A DNA stretch of 32,000 bases from Patescibacteria group bacterium (GCA_041674405.1 JBAYVT010000002.1:30001-62000); one strand, 5' to 3'; shown: positions 18,272-27,837, counted from the first letter of the stretch. Notes: generated by a model not told the origin, from the sequence alone. A program made the numbers and translations.

Positions 18272-19519
18272 ATGAGTTCATCAGTTCCCAAAATTGAAGG
18301 ACACGCTACTTTTTACGCCCATCTTCGTGCCGGAAAAGTTGACAAGGCCAGAATTATTGGCCTTGATGGAGATCGGTTTGTTGAAAAAATATTATTCGGG
18401 CGCAGCTATATGGAAGTACCAGTAATTACCTCTCGCATCTGTGGTATATGCCCCGTAATTCACAATGTTACCTCAACCAAAGCTGTGGAAAATGCTCTCG
18501 ATATCAAGGTTTCCGAACAAGTAGAAACACTGCGGAAACTAATGCTCTGTGGCCAGATGGTTCAGAGCCACTCGCTTCATCTATACCTTCTGGTTCTTCC
18601 CGATTTCATGGGAATGTCTTCCTCTTTCGAGCTTCAAAAAAAGCACCCGGATATTTTTGCCGATGCAGTTGCCCTAAAATCATATGCCGATAGTATTATT
18701 GAGATAATCGGAGGCAGGGCAGTTCATCCGGTTTCGAACGTACCTGGCGGTTTCAAAAAATTTCCGGAAATTTCTGAATTACGGAAATTACTGGAAGAAA
18801 GTAAAAAGATGACCGATCTTGGGATTAAAACATTAAAGCTTTTTCAGTCATTTAATTATCCTGAAATTTCCCGCAAGATAATTTACTCGGCGTTGTCTGA
18901 CCTGAATGAATATGCTTTCTATGGCGGAGAAATCAAGACCACGAGCGGTGAGAATTTTAAAGCAAAAGATTATAAAAAATATATTTACGAAGAAATTCTG
19001 CCATATAATCGTGCGAAATTTGGAACGCTCAAGGGCAAAGAAATGATGGTTGGCGCAATTGCCCGGATTAATCTCAACAAGAAACAATTGGAAAAAGAAA
19101 TTGGAAGTTTGAAGGAACTTGGTGTAGGTGAAGAGCTGTCCGATAATCCATTCGGTAACATAATTGCCCAAGCAATTGAAAACTATTATTTTATCGTAAA
19201 ATCAGAAGCGATAATTGAAAAATTAATTAAAGAGGGTATTTCCGAAGAGTCAATAGTTGAACCAAAAAAAATTGATGAAGGAGTTGCTGCTTGCGAAGCA
19301 CCGCGTGGAACGCTGTTTCACTACTACAAATTTGACAAAGAAGGTATGCTTGAAAAGTGTGATATTGTTACGCCAACCGTACAAAATCTGCCAGCATTGG
19401 AATATGACATGAAAAAACTCGGCCCCTTTCTCAAGGACTTGGACGAAACAGAGAGAACAGAAATGATTGAGATGCTTATTCGTTCATATGACCCATGCAT
19501 CACTTGCGCCACACATTAA
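18272..19519 (+). CDS. hydA: [NiFe] hydrogenase large (alpha) subunit
   Basis: N-terminal RICGICPVIH and C-terminal DPCITCATH NiFe ligand motifs; the ORF ends immediately after the final His. Confidence 0.96.
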   Translation: MSSSVPKIEGHATFYAHLRAGKVDKARIIGLDGDRFVEKILFGRSYMEVPVITSRICGICPVIHNVTSTKAVENALDIKVSEQVETLRKLMLCGQMVQSHSLHLYLLVLPDFMGMSSSFELQKKHPDIFADAVALKSYADSIIEIIGGRAVHPVSNVPGGFKKFPEISELRKLLEESKKMTDLGIKTLKLFQSFNYPEISRKIIYSALSDLNEYAFYGGEIKTTSGENFKAKDYKKYIYEEILPYNRAKFGTLKGKEMMVGAIARINLNKKQLEKEIGSLKELGVGEELSDNPFGNIIAQAIENYYFIVKSEAIIEKLIKEGISEESIVEPKKIDEGVAACEAPRGTLFHYYKFDKEGMLEKCDIVTPTVQNLPALEYDMKKLGPFLKDLDETERTEMIEMLIRSYDPCITCATH

Positions 19520-19625
19520 TACAGAAATGAATAGCCCCAAAGGGGACCGTTCGGGTCGAATCTGAACCAATAGCAAATATACGAATTATTAGTAAATTAA
19601 CCATCAGTATATTAGCAATCGATTT

Positions 19626-20507
19626 ATGAATGCAATCATTGAAATCAAAAAACTGACAAAATATTATGGCAAAACCCTCGGGATTAAAAGCCTTGATTTG
19701 GATGTAATTGAAGGAGAAATATTTGGTTTTATCGGGCCAAATGGCGCTGGCAAATCTACAACGATCAGGCTTTTGCTAGATTTAATTCGGCCAACAGCGG
19801 GAAGTGCAAAAATTTTTGGCAAAGATATCCACCGCCATAGTGTGGAGCTTAAACAAGATATCGGCTATTTGCCAGGAGAAATATTTTTGCCGGAAAATCT
19901 CACCGGTAAAAGCTGTATTAATTATTTTAAATCCTTCAAGGAAACAATTGATGACAGATATCTTAAAGATTTAAAATCTCGTTTTGAATTTGATGATAAG
20001 AAAAAGATTTCCCAGTATTCCAAAGGCAATAAGCAAAAATTAGCAATAATTTTAGCCCTGATGCACAAGCCGAAACTCCTAATTCTAGACGAACCGACAA
20101 GCGGGCTCGACCCCTTAAACCAGCAAGAATTTTACAAGGTTATCACCGAAACAAAGGAGTGGAGAACAACAACTTTTTTCTCAACTCATATTTTGGATGA
20201 GGCTGAATTTCTTTGCGATCGAGTCGGAATCATTAAGGATGGCCGTCTGCTCCAGATTGAAGACATCGACAAATTTAAAGAAAAAAATATTCGTGAAATA
20301 AATCTGGAAACCACCGCAGATATTCCTCTTTCGGCCTTGAAAATTGATGGCGTCGAAAAGACGGAAAAAACTGATCATGGCTATCGCCTAATCACCAAGG
20401 GCCATAACGGCGAATTGATAAAAATCATTTCGAAATTTGCAATCGATGACATTAAAATATCCGAACCATCGCTTGAAGAAATATTTATGCATTTTTACGA
20501 AAAATAA
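19626..20507 (+). CDS. ABC transporter ATP-binding protein
   Basis: GFIGPNGAGKSTTIRLLLDL, YSKGNKQKLAIILALMHKPKLLILDEPTSGLDPL. Confidence 0.95.
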   Translation: MNAIIEIKKLTKYYGKTLGIKSLDLDVIEGEIFGFIGPNGAGKSTTIRLLLDLIRPTAGSAKIFGKDIHRHSVELKQDIGYLPGEIFLPENLTGKSCINYFKSFKETIDDRYLKDLKSRFEFDDKKKISQYSKGNKQKLAIILALMHKPKLLILDEPTSGLDPLNQQEFYKVITETKEWRTTTFFSTHILDEAEFLCDRVGIIKDGRLLQIEDIDKFKEKNIREINLETTADIPLSALKIDGVEKTEKTDHGYRLITKGHNGELIKIISKFAIDDIKISEPSLEEIFMHFYEK

Positions 20508-20604
20508 CTAATAGCTAGAAACTAAAATGTAAAATCTAAGGATGGGTCGTTAAATAATTGTTTTGATAAAATATGGTTTTAAGTTTTAACATTTAAGTTA
20601 TTAC

Positions 20605-21408
20605 ATGGATAATATGATCGCAATAATGTACAGAAAATTTATTGACCAAGCGATTTCACTTCTATATTATTTTGGCGGCCTACTCGCCTACTCCTGGATG
20701 ATGATCGCCATGTTTCCAACAATGAAGACGGCAGATCTGGCCGGTATTTACAACCAATTTCCCAAAGAATTTCTAAAGTTTTTTGGCGCCAACGGGATTG
20801 AAAGCATGGGAACGGTAGAAGGTTTTTTATCTATAGAATTTCTTTCGCTGTTTTTTATACTAATTATCGCTTTTTATATCGGCTCGTCCGCCGGATCAAC
20901 CATAGCTGGCGCAATCGAAAAAAGGACAATGGATTTTCAGCTATCACAGCCAATTTCTCGGGCTAAGCTTTTACTCAGTGAGACAATCGTCGGGCTCCTC
21001 AACACTGCACTTTTGGTATTTGCCACTTCAGGCAGTATCTATATTCTTGCAAAGGCATACGATGTTTCAATGAGCACTCGGGGAATCTTCGTTTTTGCTT
21101 TTGTGGCGATAATATTCTTATGGGCATTTTACGGGTTAGCAGTTTTGATTTCTTCCATCTTGCGCAGCAAAATCACCGTTGCCTCGATAACGGTATCTAT
21201 TATCATGGGCTTGTATATATTGAATGCTCTTTCGAAAATCGTGGATAAACTGGCAAAGATCGAAAAATACACATTGTTTAATATGTATAATCCACAAAAA
21301 CTTTTGACCGATCACATCATAAACTGGCACCAGATCGAATTCTTGCTTTTAGTTCTTGTGGTTGGAATAATTAGTTCAATATTGATATTTAATAATAAAG
21401 ATATCTAG
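20605..21408 (+). CDS. ABC-2 type transporter permease
   Basis: 267 aa with about six hydrophobic helices; GSTIAGAIEKRTMDFQLSQPISRAKLLLSE motif; adjacent to the ATPase. Confidence 0.85.
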   Translation: MDNMIAIMYRKFIDQAISLLYYFGGLLAYSWMMIAMFPTMKTADLAGIYNQFPKEFLKFFGANGIESMGTVEGFLSIEFLSLFFILIIAFYIGSSAGSTIAGAIEKRTMDFQLSQPISRAKLLLSETIVGLLNTALLVFATSGSIYILAKAYDVSMSTRGIFVFAFVAIIFLWAFYGLAVLISSILRSKITVASITVSIIMGLYILNALSKIVDKLAKIEKYTLFNMYNPQKLLTDHIINWHQIEFLLLVLVVGIISSILIFNNKDI

Positions 21409-21462
21409 CTATTTGGTTAACGAGATCGGCGATTCGTATAAAATTTATCCGTTCGCCATATT

Positions 21463-22251
21463 TTATGGTTTCCTAGAAACGAAAACTAATCCGATCGGGT
21501 AGGTTTTTGGAAACTTAGGTTGTTTTTCAAGAAGTTCGGCGGTTACTTCCGGCTCTAACATTTTTTCAACCACAAACCCCGCTTTAATCAAAGAATTAAA
21601 ATAATCAGAAATCGGCCGTTGATAATGTTCAATCTCGTAAACCTTTTGGTATTTTTGAGCAACATCAACATCCCGAATCTTACTGTTGTCCATTGTAAAT
21701 TTCGAGTATCCCCTACTAAAATACCCTTTCGATCCCCGAATGGTCCTCTCTTTCCCGTCGGCTTGTCCCCGCAAATAGGTAACGAGATCCCATACAGGGT
21801 GAGTGATTGCAAACAAAAACCGTCCTCCGTTTTTCAAGGTTTTAAAAGCCTGGGACGTAACAAAGTCAATCTCTTCGAGTTCGTTCAGCAAGAAACCTGA
21901 AAAAATTACATCTACGGAATTCGGTTTTATTTTCCAGGGTTTGGTAACATCTTGTTCAATAAATTCGGCTATATTGGTCTGAACTCTTTTTCTCGCAAAA
22001 TCCAAATTATGGGGAGATATGTCGATTAGAATTAGTCGATCTGGGTTCTGACCCTCAATTTGCGAACTGAAATAACCGTTGCCGCACCCCAAATCAACCA
22101 CCGTCTTCCCGTTTAACGTTCCAATCTCAGATAATAATTGCGGGTTGAGCACATATTGTTTGTAGACCCCGCCATTATCTCCGGTCGCTTCGTTCCAAAA
22201 ACTCGCAAATTCAGGATCTAAATATGCAGAAATCGCATTATTCTGTGTCAT
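21463..22251 (-). CDS. class I SAM-dependent methyltransferase
   Basis: TVVDLGCGNGYFSSQI, LIDISPHNLDFARK, DVIFSGFLLNEL, LKNGGRFLF. Confidence 0.9.
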   Translation of the reverse strand: MTQNNAISAYLDPEFASFWNEATGDNGGVYKQYVLNPQLLSEIGTLNGKTVVDLGCGNGYFSSQIEGQNPDRLILIDISPHNLDFARKRVQTNIAEFIEQDVTKPWKIKPNSVDVIFSGFLLNELEEIDFVTSQAFKTLKNGGRFLFAITHPVWDLVTYLRGQADGKERTIRGSKGYFSRGYSKFTMDNSKIRDVDVAQKYQKVYEIEHYQRPISDYFNSLIKAGFVVEKMLEPEVTAELLEKQPKFPKTYPIGLVFVSRKP

Positions 22252-22471
22252 GGTGGTCCATTTCTTTATGGGTTTTTATAAATTTTAAGTTCTCTTTTGC
22301 TTCGGTTTCGGAGATTTTTGAAAGTGCCCTGCCGTCGTGCATCAAAATCCAATCCCCGACTTTAGGATTTTGAACTAGAGAAATATCGGCCTTGTATTCT
22401 TCACCCTCATAATCAAAAAGGGCAATTGCCCCTTTGATTTCTTTGATTTTTCCAGGTATTGCTAAACACAT
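22238..22471 (-). CDS. hypC: hydrogenase maturation chaperone HypC
   Basis: MCLAIPGKIKEIKG...GDWILMHDGRALSKISE. The conserved MCLAIP start is at 22471, seven codons inside the tracked ORF. Confidence 0.93.
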   Translation of the reverse strand: MCLAIPGKIKEIKGAIALFDYEGEEYKADISLVQNPKVGDWILMHDGRALSKISETEAKENLKFIKTHKEMDHHDTE

Positions 22472-22527
22472 GGTCACTACACTCCAAATCAAAAATCAAA
22501 ATTTAAAAATCAAAAAATTGGAATTAT

Positions 22528-23526
22528 TTATTTTGAATTTGTTACCCGCTCCACCATATCCACAAGCCTCTCTGAGTATCCCCACTCGTTGTCATACCAG
22601 GCAATTATTTTAACAAGATCTCCACCGATCACGCATGTTAATGGTAGGTCGACTATCGATGAATATGGATTTTGTTTAAGGTCGCTTGATACCAGCGGCT
22701 CTTCTGAAACCTGAATTATTCCTTTGTGGCTGCCATCTGCAGCCTTTTTAAGTGCTTCATTAATATCATCGACTGAAACTTTTTTGGAAAGAACCGCAAC
22801 GATATCAGAGAGCGAAACCACCGGGGATGGAACACGGATCGATAAGCCGTCAAATTTATTCTTAAGCTTGGGTATTGTCAAAGTCGCTGCTATTGCCGCA
22901 CCTGTCGTAGTCGGAACAATATTTTGGGCTGCAGCGCGAGCCCGGCGCAGGTCTTTATGCGGACCGTCAACCAAATTTTGGTCAGCCGTATAGGAATGAA
23001 TCGTTGTCATCATTGATTTTTCAACGCCAAATTCATCCTCAATCACCTTCATCACCGGCGCGATACAATTGGTTGTACAGGAAGCATTTGAGACAATACT
23101 CTCGTCATCGTATTTATCAGCATTAGCGCCGATCACGAAAGTCGGAACCGAATCATCCTTTGCCGGCGCGGACAAAACAACTTTTTTGGCGCCGGCTTCC
23201 AAATGGGCTTTTGCCAAATCATTAGTCAAAAATATACCGGTCGACTCGATGACAACATCGATATCAAGTACTTTCCATGGCAAAGCTCCCGGATTTTTCT
23301 CCGAAAGGTAATGGATTTTCTTGTTATTGACGATAATCTCATTATCAGAAAAGCCAACTTCCCGGTCGTAAATACCGTAGCATGTGTCGTATTTTAAAAG
23401 ATGGGCTTGGGTTTCTGCCGGGCACAGGTCATTTAAAGCGACAAGCTCAACATTCGGCCGGTCCAAAATTATCTTCGCCGCCGCCCGGCCGATCCGTCCA
23501 AAGCCATTAATTGCTACTCGCAGCAT
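22528..23526 (-). CDS. gap: glyceraldehyde-3-phosphate dehydrogenase
   Basis: MLRVAINGFGRIGRAA start at 23526; SNASCTTNCIAPV, DNEWGYSERLVDMV. Confidence 0.96.
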   Translation of the reverse strand: MLRVAINGFGRIGRAAAKIILDRPNVELVALNDLCPAETQAHLLKYDTCYGIYDREVGFSDNEIIVNNKKIHYLSEKNPGALPWKVLDIDVVIESTGIFLTNDLAKAHLEAGAKKVVLSAPAKDDSVPTFVIGANADKYDDESIVSNASCTTNCIAPVMKVIEDEFGVEKSMMTTIHSYTADQNLVDGPHKDLRRARAAAQNIVPTTTGAAIAATLTIPKLKNKFDGLSIRVPSPVVSLSDIVAVLSKKVSVDDINEALKKAADGSHKGIIQVSEEPLVSSDLKQNPYSSIVDLPLTCVIGGDLVKIIAWYDNEWGYSERLVDMVERVTNSK

Positions 23527-24289
23527 CCACCTCCTTCGGGATAACAACGTCACCTTTAAAACTTTTATTTGCTGCCCAAATGCGGCAGATTTCGACAAAT
23601 ACACTTGCTCTAAGGCTGGCACTGCCAACCAAGACTCCATCAATCAACGGCGATTTAGCAAAATTTAATATTTTTTCATGGTCTATGCTGCCACCATACA
23701 AAATTGGGCTTTCTCGGAATATCACTTCGCGAAGTTTGGCCACTGCTTTTTCTGCATGTTCGACCGGTGCGGCATTGTGATTGCCAATTGCCCATACGGG
23801 CTCGTAAGCCACAACAATATCCTTGTATTTGTTTTTTGGAACATGAGTCAAGGCCTCTTCAAGCTGGTCGGCAGCATCGGACAGGGGGGCGCTTTTCGTT
23901 TTCTCGCCAACACAAATGATTGGAGACAATCCGTGTTTTAAGGCTGCTAACACTTTTTCATTAACATCAAAATCTGTCTCGCCAAAATGAGCCCGGCGTT
24001 CCGAATGTCCGACAATTACGTATTTGCAAACATCGCGAATCATAATCGGCGAGATTTCACCGGTGTAAGGACCCTCATCTTCATAAAACATATTTTGGGC
24101 CCCTAGGTTAACCTTTCCGTCTCTTTTCAAAATTTCTGATAGTTCAGAAAGCCAGATCACTGGCGGGCAGACCACGACCTCGACTCCATCAAGACTGGCA
24201 ACAGAGTTTCTGATTGAGGTCGCTAAAATATACGCATCAGATGCCCGCGTATACATCTTCCAGTTCGCAACAACCATCGGCCGTCTCAT
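23507..24289 (-). CDS. tpiA: triosephosphate isomerase
   Basis: VVANWKMY, IVGHSERR, VAYEPVWAIG, LYGGSI, DGVLVGSASL. Confidence 0.95.
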   Translation of the reverse strand: MRRPMVVANWKMYTRASDAYILATSIRNSVASLDGVEVVVCPPVIWLSELSEILKRDGKVNLGAQNMFYEDEGPYTGEISPIMIRDVCKYVIVGHSERRAHFGETDFDVNEKVLAALKHGLSPIICVGEKTKSAPLSDAADQLEEALTHVPKNKYKDIVVAYEPVWAIGNHNAAPVEHAEKAVAKLREVIFRESPILYGGSIDHEKILNFAKSPLIDGVLVGSASLRASVFVEICRIWAANKSFKGDVVIPKEVDAASSN

Positions 24290-24308
24290 ATTCCCTCGCT
24301 TTAAGAAC

Positions 24309-25337
24309 TTATTTCACTCTTACATTATTATATAGCTTAATAATCATCTTTGCCAATTTAGTATTATCGTGGTACAAAGGCTTTTTTTCATCAACCAAAT
24401 CCGCTCTAGAGATTTTCACTCCAGATATTTTCTCGTTTTCTGTTGTGATATTATAGACTTCACCAAGTTTTGATGATTGTTTTGACTTCTTTATTACATG
24501 GCTATTTACTAAGCAATAATCAAAAATTTTGCCTGGGGCATGTTTTTTTATTGCTGCAATGTGATCAGAGACAGAGTAATTTTCTGTCTCTCCTCTCTCG
24601 GTTGAAATGTTTGCAATATATATTTTCAGCGCTATTTTGTTAGATAATATGGCTTTTTTAATTCCAGGTATCAACAGGTTTGGAATTACACTAGTATACA
24701 AACTCCCTGGTCCCAAAAGGATCAAATCTGCCTCATTAATCGCCTGGACCGCTTTTTCATACGCCCTCACTTTGTCTTTATTTAAAAAGACAATATTAAT
24801 TTTTTTTCCAGCTTGTGGAATCTTATCTTCCCCCAAAATTTTTTTTCCGCCAGCATACACAGCACCAATTTTAATATTATCCAGTGTGGCTGGTAAAATT
24901 TTTCCCGCCGTGCGAAAAATCGTGGAGGTTGCCTCTATTGCCTGTTCGAATGATCCTAGATGCTTAGTTAGGGCTGCAATCCAAATATTTCCAAGCGTAT
25001 GGTTTGATAAGGATTTATTTTTCCCAGGAAATCGATATTCCAATATTTTGGATAATATTTCTCCATCTTCCGCCAACGCTGAAATACATTTACGGATATC
25101 TCCTGGTGGCAAAATATCAAATTCTTTCCTGATTACTCCCGTGGAAGAGCCGTCATCAGTCACAGCCACAATTGCTGAAATGTTATTAGAATATTTTTTA
25201 AGCCCGGATAATAAAACGGATAAACCCGTGCCACCACCGATTGCGGCAATTTTAATATCACTTCCAGCAAGAAGACGAGGGTCGTTAGGCTCGTAAACGA
25301 GATTTCTCCACCATGTTTTGAAAAAGCTTTCTCTCAT
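24309..25337 (-). CDS. yvcK: YvcK/CofD-like family protein
   Basis: AIGGGTGLSVLLSGLKKYSNNISAIVAVTDDGSSTGVIRKEFDILPPGDIRKCI, GPGSLYTSVIPNLLI. Confidence 0.92.
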   Translation of the reverse strand: MRESFFKTWWRNLVYEPNDPRLLAGSDIKIAAIGGGTGLSVLLSGLKKYSNNISAIVAVTDDGSSTGVIRKEFDILPPGDIRKCISALAEDGEILSKILEYRFPGKNKSLSNHTLGNIWIAALTKHLGSFEQAIEATSTIFRTAGKILPATLDNIKIGAVYAGGKKILGEDKIPQAGKKINIVFLNKDKVRAYEKAVQAINEADLILLGPGSLYTSVIPNLLIPGIKKAILSNKIALKIYIANISTERGETENYSVSDHIAAIKKHAPGKIFDYCLVNSHVIKKSKQSSKLGEVYNITTENEKISGVKISRADLVDEKKPLYHDNTKLAKMIIKLYNNVRVK

Positions 25338-26596
25338 TTTATCATCCCTTTAGCATGTAAGTCTCGATAATAAGAAATTGCAAATCTGTGTGCCTCATCA
25401 CGCAATGCAACAATGTTGTTTTTGATTCCGGGGGTCTTTTCGATATAGCTTTTTACATCATGATTCTGAAAGTGTAGCTCGTCTTTGTCACGCTTTGGCC
25501 CCTTTGAAATTGAAATAATCGGGGCATGCAAACCTGATTCCGTAAGGACTTTCAGTGCAGCCTTAAGATGTGTTTCCCCGCCATCAATCACTACCAAATC
25601 AGGATCACCCCATTTGTTATTCATTCTGCGCCGTAGAATTTCTGCCATCATCGCGATGTCGTTAGCACCATTCACATTTTTGATTTTAAATTTTCGATAT
25701 TCTTCCGGCGCTTTTTTACCAGAGATAAATACACTCATCGCGCCGACCGCATAGCTGCCAGAAATATTGGAAATATCGAAACATTCCATTCTTTTGAAAT
25801 ATACTTTGGTGCTATCAAACACATCATCCCGAATTCCCAGCGCCACATCTCGTAAATGGTCAAGGGCAGCAACCTGATTTCGTGTTAACGCTGCAACCTC
25901 ATATCGCTTCTGCCGACTCAATTCTTTCATTTCTTTGTAAAGGGCTTGCTCAACCTCGGCTTTCTTCCCACGGAGAAAATTTTTAAGATATGTGATGTTT
26001 TTGTTATATTGTTTTTTATCTACCCAATCGGCGCAGGGCGCAGTGCAAACACGAATGTCACCATATATACAAGCACGGCATTTCTTGGCCTGCAGATTAT
26101 ATTTCGTTTTTGAACAATCGCGATAAGGAAAGATTTTCCTCAAATATCGCAATGATTTTTTAAGTTCCATTCCATTTGGATAGGGGCCAAATAATCTGCC
26201 CGCTTTTTTCTCGCGAGCAAACTCTTCGTGCGGTATATCTTTAATTCTTCTCAATCCAACGCATGGAAATTCTTCTTTTGTGAAATGAATTACAAAAAAC
26301 GATTTATCATCCTTGAACTGAATATTATATCTTGGCTTAATTTTTTTAATCAGCTCGGCTTCAAGAATTACCGCCTCAATCTCACTTTCGGTTTCTTTGA
26401 AAATTATTTTTCTTGCGTTTGAAACCATTAGATCAATTGACGGACCACGGCCAATCTCTTTTAAAAAATATGATTTTATCCTACTTTTTAAATTTTTGGC
26501 TTTGCCCACATACAAAATATCCCCGTCGGCATTCTGAAACTGATATACCCCCGGGGATTTTGGCGCGTAAATTATATAATCCTGTAAACTCTTCAT
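25334..26596 (-). CDS. uvrC: excinuclease ABC subunit C, short form
   Basis: GIY-YIG domain (SPGVYQFQNADGDILYVGKAKNLKSRI), Cys-rich segment, FDISNISG, VVIDGGETHL, RDEAHRFAI; 420 aa. Confidence 0.92.
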   Translation of the reverse strand: MKSLQDYIIYAPKSPGVYQFQNADGDILYVGKAKNLKSRIKSYFLKEIGRGPSIDLMVSNARKIIFKETESEIEAVILEAELIKKIKPRYNIQFKDDKSFFVIHFTKEEFPCVGLRRIKDIPHEEFAREKKAGRLFGPYPNGMELKKSLRYLRKIFPYRDCSKTKYNLQAKKCRACIYGDIRVCTAPCADWVDKKQYNKNITYLKNFLRGKKAEVEQALYKEMKELSRQKRYEVAALTRNQVAALDHLRDVALGIRDDVFDSTKVYFKRMECFDISNISGSYAVGAMSVFISGKKAPEEYRKFKIKNVNGANDIAMMAEILRRRMNNKWGDPDLVVIDGGETHLKAALKVLTESGLHAPIISISKGPKRDKDELHFQNHDVKSYIEKTPGIKNNIVALRDEAHRFAISYYRDLHAKGMIK

Positions 26597-27831
26597 TTCA
26601 ATTGCTTAATATATTTCACAACCTCATCTATTTTTATAATTTTCTTTTCTGTTTTTTTGCGATTTGCTATCTCAACTCCACCGGATTTGAAAGATCGCTC
26701 AGAAACAACAATGGTTATCGGACAACCAATCAGATCTGCGTCGGCAAACTTTTCGCCGGCAGTGATTTCTTCTCTATCGTCATACAACACTTCAATTCCA
26801 GCGTCAAGAAGCTCCTTGTAAATCTTCTCTGTTTCCTCATTTTTGTTTAAAGAGATTAAATTGACACTGAATGGCGCAATGTTTTTCGGCCAGATGATCC
26901 CATAATCATCGTGAAATAATTCTACAGCCGTGCCCAAAAGGCGTGTTAGACCAATGCCGTAACAACCCATTATCATTGCCACTTCTTTACCCTCAGAGTT
27001 CAGAACTTTAGCATTCATTTGGGATGAATATTTATTTGAAAGAGGAAAAATATTACCAACTTCAATTGAATTGGCCATAACAATTTTACCATCGCATTTC
27101 GGGCATTTATCACCCTCAGATACTTTCGCAATTTCTCTGTTTTGGGCAAAATCACACTTGTTGCAATAAAAGATTGTATCTTCACCGGAAGTCGCCAAAG
27201 CTTGAAATTCATGCGAAAATTCTGAGAATACTCCACCGCTAGCCTCGACCAATTTGGTCTCAATTCCACATCGGGAAAAAGCTCTAAAATACGCTTTGAT
27301 CACTTCTTGATAGTACTTTTCAAAATCTGCTTCATCAATATGAAAGCTATACATATCTTTCATAATAAATTCTCGCCCACGAAGGAGACCTGACTTAGCT
27401 CTCGGCTCATTCCTGAACTTGGTTTGTATTTGATAAAGAGATATTGGCAAATCTTTGTATGAAGAAATATGATGCCTCACAATGTCGATGATCTGTTCTT
27501 CATGAGTTGCGCCAAGACCGATCTCCTTATTTCTTGAGTCCTTAAACTGATACATCACTTCAGACATCTTACTCCAGCGACCAGTTTCTTCCCATAATTC
27601 TCTTGGCTGAAGCACATTCATTAGAAGCTCTTGTCCCTCAACCTTATTCATTTCATCTCGAATAATATTTTCAATTTTAGAATAAACACTGAAACCAAGC
27701 GGAAGAAGTGCATACGCCCCCGCCATGTGTTTTTCAACAAAACCACCGCGAGCTAAAAGAGAGGCATTTATCGAATCAGAATCAGCCGGAGTTTCCTTAT
27801 AAGTTTTGATAAGGCTTTTAGATCTTTTCAT
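26593..27831 (-). CDS. proS: prolyl-tRNA synthetase, short form
   Basis: Class II aaRS motifs TKFRNEPRAKSGLLRGREFIMKDMYSFH and GCYGIGLTRLLGT; YCNKCDFAQNRE. Confidence 0.93.
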   Translation of the reverse strand: MKRSKSLIKTYKETPADSDSINASLLARGGFVEKHMAGAYALLPLGFSVYSKIENIIRDEMNKVEGQELLMNVLQPRELWEETGRWSKMSEVMYQFKDSRNKEIGLGATHEEQIIDIVRHHISSYKDLPISLYQIQTKFRNEPRAKSGLLRGREFIMKDMYSFHIDEADFEKYYQEVIKAYFRAFSRCGIETKLVEASGGVFSEFSHEFQALATSGEDTIFYCNKCDFAQNREIAKVSEGDKCPKCDGKIVMANSIEVGNIFPLSNKYSSQMNAKVLNSEGKEVAMIMGCYGIGLTRLLGTAVELFHDDYGIIWPKNIAPFSVNLISLNKNEETEKIYKELLDAGIEVLYDDREEITAGEKFADADLIGCPITIVVSERSFKSGGVEIANRKKTEKKIIKIDEVVKYIKQLK

Positions 27832-27837
27832 TCCCCG

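Noticed and set aside
22472-22527. AT-rich imperfect repeats (aaaaatcaaaa/aaaatttaaaaatc) between gap and hypC
   Set aside because: Low-complexity intergenic sequence with no clear unit structure, not a CRISPR or defined repeat.
24607-25296. 229-aa plus-strand ORF antisense to yvcK
   Set aside because: The opposite strand encodes an unmistakable YvcK protein. The + frame is an antisense shadow ORF.
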